A stretch of DNA of 26,811 nucleotides from a virus (Duplodnaviria; Caudoviricetes): the IMG/VR virus record IMGVR_UViG_3300042881_003763, positions 1 through 26,811 of that record, one strand, 5' to 3'. This document shows, piece after piece, positions 1 to 6,442 of this stretch (the first letter of the stretch is position 1; the number at the start of each line of letters is the position of its first letter). A model generated the notes under the pieces. It was not told the DNA's origin, did no database searches, and was given only the letters and a program-made list of their open reading frames with translations. The position numbers were made by a program, and so were the translations under genes.

Positions 1-558
1 GTGGACGGGGACGCGGTGCGCCCCTATCTGCTGTTCGGCACGTCCTACGATGGGACCATGGCCACGGTGGCGAAGTTCACCGATATCCGCGTGGTATGCA
101 ATAACACCATCGTGCGGGCCCTGGACCAGGGGAACGGCTCGGTGCGTGTGCTGCACTCGGAAAAGTTCGACGCGGACAAGGTCCGCCTGCAGCTGGGCAT
201 TGTGGCGAATTCGTGGGAGCGGTTCCTGGTGCAGTCCCGTGCCCTGGCCACCGTGCCGATGGACGACACGCAGGCGGACGAATTCGTGAAGGCGCTGCTC
301 GAGCCCTATCACACGAGCCGCATCGAGCTCAAGGATACGAAGGCGTATCGCCGCGTGCTGCAGCTGTTCCGTGGCGCCGCCATCGGCGCCGATATCCCGG
401 GCGTGGCCGGCACGCGCTGGGCGATGTTGAACGCTGTGACCCAGCTGGTGGACCACGAGCGCGGCCGCAGCACCGGCACCCGGCTCGAGAGCGCATGGTT
501 CGGCACGGGCGCCGCGCTCAAGCTGCGCGCGGTGGAACTATTGAGCGAGGGAACCTAA
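1..558 (+). CDS. DUF932-family phage/plasmid protein, 5'-truncated
   Basis: Motifs PYLLFGTSYDG, IRVVCNNT, GTRWAMLNAVTQLVDH and SAWFG..LK resemble the DUF932 (TIGR03299-like) family. The ORF is open at the window edge. Confidence 0.8.
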   Translation: MDGDAVRPYLLFGTSYDGTMATVAKFTDIRVVCNNTIVRALDQGNGSVRVLHSEKFDADKVRLQLGIVANSWERFLVQSRALATVPMDDTQADEFVKALLEPYHTSRIELKDTKAYRRVLQLFRGAAIGADIPGVAGTRWAMLNAVTQLVDHERGRSTGTRLESAWFGTGAALKLRAVELLSEGT

Positions 559-567
559 TAGAAAAGT

Positions 568-645
568 TTCATTGGCCACGGCCCGCGGGCCGTGGCACAT
601 TATGGGTGTCGCGTGGTGCGACACCTTAGAAAGGATAGAGCGATG
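568..645 (+). promoter_or_regulatory. Repeated gene leader, copy 1 (palindrome, ACATTATGGGTGTCGC, hairpin, AGAAAGGATAGA RBS)
   Basis: Aligns with 1129-1203 at offset 561. Contains a perfect 22 bp palindrome at 575-596, the inverted repeat GGTGTCGC/GCGACACC, and an SD-like AAAGGA before ATG 643. Confidence 0.75.
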
Positions 646-849
646 AAAGTCTCCCGATTGATCGAGCTGCTGCAACAGTGCAGCCAGGATGCCGAGGTTC
701 TGTTCTGGGACGGCGACGAGCGCCGCGTTATCAGCGAGCTTCTGCCCGTTGACCAGTGGCACGAAGGTGGCCGCTTTGTCGATATCAACCTGCACGAGCC
801 CCGGATCGAGCGCACCGGCATGCAAGCATTCGGTGGGGTGGCAGCATGA
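643..849 (+). CDS. Small hypothetical protein (MKVSRLIELLQQC..., 68 aa)
   Basis: Start moved from 592 to ATG 643, which follows the AGAAAGGATAGA RBS. Its stop overlaps the next start (ATGA). Confidence 0.7.
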   Translation: MKVSRLIELLQQCSQDAEVLFWDGDERRVISELLPVDQWHEGGRFVDINLHEPRIERTGMQAFGGVAA

Positions 850-1079
850 GTCAGCACCTCTCCCCCATCAGCCACTATCGCGCTTCCCTGTTCGGGAGCC
901 GCGACTCGGTGCCCGAGGCGCTCGAGTACGTTCGCGATGTCGCGAACGCTGCCGGCCGTGACGGTATCGCCGTCTACACCGCCGCCCTGGTGCTGCTCAA
1001 CTCCGTGATCGACGAAGTCGAACGCGCAGAGCTGCGCGCGTTCGAACCGAGCGACTGGGACCAGGACATCCCCTTCTAG
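846..1079 (+). CDS. Small hypothetical protein (MSQHLSPISH...DQDIPF, 77 aa)
   Basis: ATGA coupling with the upstream gene at 846-849. The acidic C-terminal tail ends in DIPF. Confidence 0.65.
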   Translation: MSQHLSPISHYRASLFGSRDSVPEALEYVRDVANAAGRDGIAVYTAALVLLNSVIDEVERAELRAFEPSDWDQDIPF

Positions 1080-1097
1080 GTGCTGGCATGAGCCCCG

Positions 1098-1123
1098 GCT
1101 ATCGGCGCCCCGGCGCCGATAGC
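1098..1123. other. GC-rich inverted repeat (12 bp arms)
   Basis: GCTATCGGCGCC-cc-GGCGCCGATAGC lies between the 846 ORF stop and leader copy 2. It has no U-tract, so it is not a classical intrinsic terminator. Confidence 0.55.
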
Positions 1124-1128
1124 GACAA

Positions 1129-1203
1129 TTCACTGTACCCGGACCGCGAACCGTGCGACATTATGGGTGTCGCACGGTGCGACGATAGAAAGGATAGAAA
1201 ATG
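1129..1203 (+). promoter_or_regulatory. Repeated gene leader, copy 2
   Basis: TTCACTG...CCGTG..ACATTATGGGTGTCGCacGGTGCGAC..AGAAAGGATAGA.ATG, homologous to 568-645. Confidence 0.75.
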
Positions 1204-1473
1204 CGTACCATCAACATCAACGGCAACCGCTTCGCACTGCCCGAGGGCATGAGCACCAAGGACGTCCAGGCCCTGGTCGGATTCCTGGCCACGCTGCACA
1301 CGGTGGACAGCCACTACGACTACGGTAGCAACGACTACATCTACGCACTGGGCCGCAACCCCGAGCTGCGACTCGAGGACATCACCCCGACCGAGAACGC
1401 CAGGGCCAAGTCCGAGGCCAGCTACGAAGCCTACAAGGCCAAGCGAGCAGCCGAGGAAGCGAAGACCGCCTGA
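1201..1473 (+). CDS. Small hypothetical protein (90 aa)
   Basis: Strong RBS in the repeated leader, C/G-ending codon usage, and a terminator-like hairpin downstream. Confidence 0.8.
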   Translation: MRTININGNRFALPEGMSTKDVQALVGFLATLHTVDSHYDYGSNDYIYALGRNPELRLEDITPTENARAKSEASYEAYKAKRAAEEAKTA

Positions 1474-1504
1474 CCGACACCTGGGCCGCGAGGCCCAGTC
1501 ACCC

Positions 1505-1534
1505 AGGCCCGCCACCCGGCGGGCCTATTGCTTT
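1505..1534 (+). terminator. Probable intrinsic terminator
   Basis: AGGCCCGCC-accc-GGCGGGCCT is followed by ATTGCTTT. A second hairpin CTGGGCC-gcga-GGCCCAG (GNRA loop) lies just upstream at 1481-1498. Confidence 0.65.
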
Positions 1535-1713
1535 GTGCGGTGCGATAGGCCTCGAGGCTATTGGACTCGAGGCGCTGGCATTGGGGCGTGCGCTATGGCC
1601 CCCTGCGTCCCGATAGCCCTGCGTTATGCGGGGCTCCCGCCTGACTGGCCGTACGGCCAGTCACGGTCGGCGTACTCGCCGACCGGGCGGGAGCCATCTA
1701 TAAGGGGGGAGGG

Positions 1714-1811
1714 CCATAAAACCACCCAAGCTCGTCAGACTCGCCCGTAGCCCAGTTTTAGCCCAAGGAAAACTGCCTGAGAACCTGGACGGGGGATCCA
1801 TAAAACCACCC
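1714..1811. repeat. 14 bp direct repeat CCATAAAACCACCC (1714-1727 and 1798-1811), each copy preceded by a G-run
   Basis: Read directly in the non-coding gap upstream of the terminase. Confidence 0.7.
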
Positions 1812-1818
1812 CCTTGTT

Positions 1819-1846
1819 TTGTAAATCGAATACCGGGGGGTATATT
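1819..1846 (+). promoter_or_regulatory. Possible sigma70-like promoter for terL
   Basis: TTGTAA-16 nt-TATATT in an AT-rich patch about 30 nt upstream of ATG 1878. Confidence 0.4.
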
Positions 1847-1877
1847 TGCAAAATTCAGAACCTCAGGGTCTGCAGAA

Positions 1878-3341
1878 ATGGAAAATCACAACGACGTAGA
1901 AGCCGAAAGGCTGCGCCTCGAGCTGCGGCTCAGGCTCCTTGAAGCACAAGAACGCGCTTCGGGAGATTTCTTGAGCTTTTGTCAGTACGTCTGGCCCGAA
2001 ATGTTAGTCGGTGAGCACCATCGGCGGATCGCGAAGGCCCTTGACCGAGTCGTTACTGGCGAATGCAAGCGCCTGATGATTGCCATGCCGCCCCGGCACG
2101 GAAAATCCCAGATGGGGAGCTACCTGTTCCCTGCCTATTTGATGGGCAAGCGCCCTCAGAGCAAGCTGATCGTCGGTTCGCACACCGCGGAACTCGCTCA
2201 GCGGTTCGGTCGCATGATCCGAAACCTCGTGGAGGACAGCCGCTACAAGGAACTTTTCCCCAACGCGGCCCTGTCTGCTGACAGCAAGGCTGCTGGACGG
2301 TGGAACACGAACCAAGGCGGCGAGGCTTTCTTCATCGGTAAGGGCGGTGCGATGACCGGCCGCGGTGGTGACGTGGTGATCCTGGACGACATCTTGGATG
2401 AGCAGGACGCTTTGTCTGAGACGGCGATGGAAAACACCTTTGAGTGGTACACATCCGGCCCCCGCCAGCGTCTGCAGCCCAACGGCGCCATCATTATCAT
2501 CAACACCCGCTGGAAGACCGATGACCTAAGTGGGCGCTTACTGCGCCAGCAGGGCAATCTGAAGGCCGATCAGTGGGAGTTGCTGGAATTTCCTGCCATT
2601 CTGCCTAGTGGAAACCCGCTCTGGCCGGGCTATTGGAGCAAGGACGAGCTTGAGAAGGTCAAGTTGTCCATTGGCATGAAGAAGTGGAACGCGCAGTGGC
2701 AGCAGGAACCCACGGATGACAGCGGCGCGATCCTGAAACGGGAGTGGTGGCGCAAGTGGAAGTACGACGAGCCTCCTGTCTGCGACTACATCATCCAGAC
2801 TTACGACACGGCCTACAGCAAGAAGGAGACTGCTGACTTCTCTGTCATCAGCACGTGGGGCGTGTTCTTCCCAGATGCTGACTCGGGCCCAAATCTGATT
2901 GCTTTGAACGTGCGCAAGGGCCGGTGGGACTTCCCGGAGCTCAAGCGGGTGGCCAGGGATGAGTATCGGTACTGGAAACCGGACAGTGTTTTGATCGAGG
3001 CCAAGGCTACTGGCACGTCGCTGCAGCAGGAAATGCGCAAGATGGGGATTCCTGTGGCCATGTACTCCCCTGGCGGCCGGAAGTCTGGGACTGACAAGGT
3101 CAGCCGGGCCAACTCTGTCGCTCCGCTGTTGGAGTCAGGGATGATCTGGTACCCGGAGAACCAGGAGTGGGCGCAGGAGCTGGTGGAGGAGTGCGCCGCG
3201 TTCCCCGTTGGGGCTCACGATGACCAAGTTGATGCGGCGGTGATGGCTTGGATGCGGTTCCGCCAGGGCAACTTCATCTCCTTGGCCGACGACGAGGAAG
3301 ACGAATCGGAACCGGCGCTTGGACCAGTTGAGTATTATTGA
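1878..3341 (+). CDS. terL: Terminase large subunit
   Basis: Walker A-like MPPRHGKS, Walker B-like GDVVILDD, motif III-like INTRW, and RNase H-like nuclease motifs QTYDTA, IEAKATG and HDDQVDA. Confidence 0.95.
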   Translation: MENHNDVEAERLRLELRLRLLEAQERASGDFLSFCQYVWPEMLVGEHHRRIAKALDRVVTGECKRLMIAMPPRHGKSQMGSYLFPAYLMGKRPQSKLIVGSHTAELAQRFGRMIRNLVEDSRYKELFPNAALSADSKAAGRWNTNQGGEAFFIGKGGAMTGRGGDVVILDDILDEQDALSETAMENTFEWYTSGPRQRLQPNGAIIIINTRWKTDDLSGRLLRQQGNLKADQWELLEFPAILPSGNPLWPGYWSKDELEKVKLSIGMKKWNAQWQQEPTDDSGAILKREWWRKWKYDEPPVCDYIIQTYDTAYSKKETADFSVISTWGVFFPDADSGPNLIALNVRKGRWDFPELKRVARDEYRYWKPDSVLIEAKATGTSLQQEMRKMGIPVAMYSPGGRKSGTDKVSRANSVAPLLESGMIWYPENQEWAQELVEECAAFPVGAHDDQVDAAVMAWMRFRQGNFISLADDEEDESEPALGPVEYY

Positions 3342-3355
3342 CAGGTCTATACAAT
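3328..3355 (+). promoter_or_regulatory. Possible sigma70-like promoter
   Basis: TTGAGT-16 nt-TACAAT spans the terL stop, upstream of ATG 3389. Confidence 0.4.
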
Positions 3356-3388
3356 CGACCGGAATTCTTGTCCCGAGGACCGCGGACC

Positions 3389-6300
3389 ATGGCCCAGGAT
3401 TCTTTTGATGCGATTGTGAATGCAGTGATGCTGGCCGAGAGTGGTGGTCGGCGTTTTGACAAGCAGGGCAACTTGTTGACTTCGTCCAAGGGTGCTCAGG
3501 GTGAGATGCAGGTGATGCCGGGGACGGCGAAGTCGCCTGGATATGGGGTAGCTCCGGCGCAGGACAGGTCGCCGGAGGAGTTGGCGCGTGTTGGGCGGGA
3601 CTATTTGAAGTCCATGCTGGACAAGTATGGTGAGTTGGATAAGGCTCTGGCCGCGTACAACTGGGGTCCGGGGAACACGGACAAGTGGATTGCTGCTGGT
3701 GCGGATCCGAAGAAGTTGCCGTCTGAGACGCGCAGTTATATTGACAAGATCAAATCGACGTTGGGTGGTGAGCGGGTAGCGGACAGGTCGTCAAAGCCTG
3801 CTGCTTCGCCAGCACCAGCGCCTGCTCAGCGGCCTCCGGCGGCCCGTGGTGGTCCTCTTGCGTTTCCTGTACCGCGGACCGCGGACCTTGGTACGAGCTA
3901 TCAGGCTGCTTTGGCGCTGTCCTTCTTGGCTGATGAAGCGGAGCGGGAGGAGGGGCGTCGGGAGTATGACGAGCGCGAGCCCAGTACGGCGCAGAAGTGG
4001 TTGGCCAGTGCAACGCCCAAGGTATCGCCGGAGATGTTGGCAATGCCGTACGCTTCCCCGTTCGGTCCTGAGCCTGAACAGCAGCCCGTGCGCGCGGCTG
4101 ATGGTGGCTTTATAGCTGTGGGTTATGACACCCCGCCTGCTTATAAGGATGGCGGTTCGGTTTCGGACGAGGAATGGAAGGATGGTCCGCCTCCGCCGGA
4201 AGCTCCCCGCGGCCTTAGCGGAGCCATCTTTGGTGCTGCGACGATGGAAGACGCGCCCCGTGGTCCGCGGACCGCGCGTGAGCGGCTGATGCAGATGTAC
4301 CACTCGGCGCGGGATTTTGTTGAGGATGTGCCCAGGACTCCGTTGGGCATGGCCACAGAAGGTGCGATGTTCCTGGCGGACCGGTACAAGCTGATGCCTC
4401 CGGCTCTGCAGGAATTGATGGCGCAGGAAAAGGCGCGCAGGGATTCGTTGCGTGCGCTGCGCCATGCGCGTGGGTATGACGAGGGTGGCGAGGTAGAGCC
4501 TGTTGAATCGAAGCAGGCGGCCCAAGGACCGCGGACCACGGAGTTTCGTGTACCGCCCGGGCAGACGGAAGCGCGGTTGAGGGAATTCAACCGGTTGGAT
4601 CCTGGTACGCAGGAGATGATTACGCGCAGCGATCCGCGGTCGCAGTTTGCTTTGCGGCCTGCACCGGCCAGTATTTCTGCGCCGTATACCTTGTCCACGA
4701 TCCCTGGTGTGCGGGCCTTGTACGACGAGACGTTGGCGCTGGGGGATCGGGAGACGGGCGGGTACGCCAATCCTGTTCTGAAGATGACCAAGCGTGCAAC
4801 GGGCAAGGAGTTCCCGACCAGCGATGTGGTGTTCTTGCAGCCGGGGCGCGCGGCAGCGCAGGATCTGCAGACGCGCGCGCATGAGGCTGAGCATTTGCTG
4901 GCTAAGCGTGGGTTGGGCGATGCGCTTGCGATCAATGCCAAGTTTGACGAGCTGATGGGCAACTCCAAGGCGCGCCGTCAGTTTGTGGAAGCGGCCGTGA
5001 AGATGCAGCCGTACTTGGAAAAGACCTACGGTACGCAGAGTTCGTACTTCACGCCGGAGATGTTTGCCTTTCAGGAGCGCAAAGGTAAGGGCCCGGTCTT
5101 ACTGTTTGAGCAGTTTGCCGAGCTGGCAGCGATTGAGCAGGCTACGGGCAAGGATCTGACGAAGGATCCTGAACTGCGCAAGACGATCTTCAAGGACAAG
5201 AAGGTCCGCGAGGTGTACAACTCGATGACGGGGTTGCGCCAGACGCGCCTGGATGCGCGGGACTTGAGCCCGTACACGCCCATCCCGGAAAAAGAACCCA
5301 GCATGATGGAGTTCATCCGCGGCAAGCTGGGTTTTGCTGAAGGCGGCGAGGCCAAGTCGGAGGACAAGCCTGAGGCCAGGGCTTCCGCTCGTGGGATGTT
5401 GGAATCTCTGAAGTCGGGCGAGGGTGCCCAGGCTTTTTTGCGGGGCTTGACGATGCTGCCCCAAAACATCGCAGGCGCGCCGGTTGATGTGGCCACCTTG
5501 GTCATGCGGCCGTTTGGCTACAACGTGGAAAGGCCTGTTGGTGGGAGCGAGTGGCTGAAGGAAAAGTCGCGCGCTGCGGGTGTCGCGTTTCAGGAGCCGA
5601 CGGACCCGAACGCCCGTGCCCTGTTCACGGCGGGTGATATCGCCAGCAATCTCACCAACCCGGCTGGCGCGACGCGCGCCGCGGTCCGTGGTGTGAAGGA
5701 AGTGGGCGAGCAGGCTGGGCAAGCGGCCAAGATGCTGCGGGATCTCAAGCCGCCGTCAGGTCCTGACTTGGCGCCTGCTGGTGTTCCGGCTGAGATGGCC
5801 AAAGCGCCTGATCGCAAGTCTTTGGAAGAACTGGTCAGTGCTCCGATGCTGGCCGAAGGTTCTAAGCGGGACTTCTTGCGTTTAGAGCAAGCTGCGCGCC
5901 AGCAGGTTATTGCGGGTGAGCCGGTGACCGCGATTCCGAAGGCTCGGTTGATGGAGTTCACGGAGCCGGTCATGGATGTGGGCAGGGGCATGAAGTGGTA
6001 CAAGCTCAACGATCCGCGCGCCGCGATTCTGGAGGGCGGTGCCATGAACCACTCTATTGGTCAGTATGCCGAGGACCGCGGTTATGTGGTGGGCGGGTTG
6101 CCTGCATTTTTGTCGGGCCGCGCGGAGGTGTATTCTTTGCGTGGTGAAGACGGTGTGCCCCGGGTGACGCTGTCTATTGAGAAGTTCCAAAATGGGGATC
6201 GTTTTATTCGGGACGTCCGTGGTCCGTCCAACTCCAATCCAGCCGCCTTTCGGATGGCCGTTTTGAAATTTATGGACGATCCGAAAAATCGGGTGATTGG

Positions 6301-6433
6301 TTCGGAGTACCTGACCTACAACCAAAATCAGATGGGACAAAAGGTTCCTCCAGTCAACATTGACTGGAAACAGGACCTTGACGATTGGAGGTTGGGCATC
6401 TTGGACTACCGTCGCGGGCTCAAAGAGGATTAA
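3389..6433 (+). CDS. Large multidomain (probably virion-associated/ejected) protein: N-terminal lytic transglycosylase (SLT), central HExxH zincin-like segment, C-terminal PcfJ-like region
   Basis: SLT motifs AESGG, GAQGEMQVMPGTA, ALAAYNWGPG and ETRSY; RAHEAEH at 4880-4894; EGGAMNHSIG...VYSLRGEDGVPRVTL resembles PcfJ-like domains. The start was moved to ATG 3389, after GAGGA. Confidence 0.8.
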   Translation: MAQDSFDAIVNAVMLAESGGRRFDKQGNLLTSSKGAQGEMQVMPGTAKSPGYGVAPAQDRSPEELARVGRDYLKSMLDKYGELDKALAAYNWGPGNTDKWIAAGADPKKLPSETRSYIDKIKSTLGGERVADRSSKPAASPAPAPAQRPPAARGGPLAFPVPRTADLGTSYQAALALSFLADEAEREEGRREYDEREPSTAQKWLASATPKVSPEMLAMPYASPFGPEPEQQPVRAADGGFIAVGYDTPPAYKDGGSVSDEEWKDGPPPPEAPRGLSGAIFGAATMEDAPRGPRTARERLMQMYHSARDFVEDVPRTPLGMATEGAMFLADRYKLMPPALQELMAQEKARRDSLRALRHARGYDEGGEVEPVESKQAAQGPRTTEFRVPPGQTEARLREFNRLDPGTQEMITRSDPRSQFALRPAPASISAPYTLSTIPGVRALYDETLALGDRETGGYANPVLKMTKRATGKEFPTSDVVFLQPGRAAAQDLQTRAHEAEHLLAKRGLGDALAINAKFDELMGNSKARRQFVEAAVKMQPYLEKTYGTQSSYFTPEMFAFQERKGKGPVLLFEQFAELAAIEQATGKDLTKDPELRKTIFKDKKVREVYNSMTGLRQTRLDARDLSPYTPIPEKEPSMMEFIRGKLGFAEGGEAKSEDKPEARASARGMLESLKSGEGAQAFLRGLTMLPQNIAGAPVDVATLVMRPFGYNVERPVGGSEWLKEKSRAAGVAFQEPTDPNARALFTAGDIASNLTNPAGATRAAVRGVKEVGEQAGQAAKMLRDLKPPSGPDLAPAGVPAEMAKAPDRKSLEELVSAPMLAEGSKRDFLRLEQAARQQVIAGEPVTAIPKARLMEFTEPVMDVGRGMKWYKLNDPRAAILEGGAMNHSIGQYAEDRGYVVGGLPAFLSGRAEVYSLRGEDGVPRVTLSIEKFQNGDRFIRDVRGPSNSNPAAFRMAVLKFMDDPKNRVIGSEYLTYNQNQMGQKVPPVNIDWKQDLDDWRLGILDYRRGLKED

Positions 6434-6442
6434 GGAATAACC

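Noticed and set aside
568-1203. Repeated leaders as a CRISPR array or IS ends
   Set aside because: There are only two copies, separated by ~490 bp of coding DNA, with no regular spacers and no cas or transposase genes.
1535-1750. 71 aa ORF as a small terminase
   Set aside because: It has no RBS, starts right after a terminator, has atypical composition and lacks HTH or coiled-coil features of TerS.
3338-3388. TTG start at 3338 for the large protein
   Set aside because: ATG 3389 has a GAGGA RBS and begins right at the SLT domain; the upstream part overlaps a promoter-like sequence.
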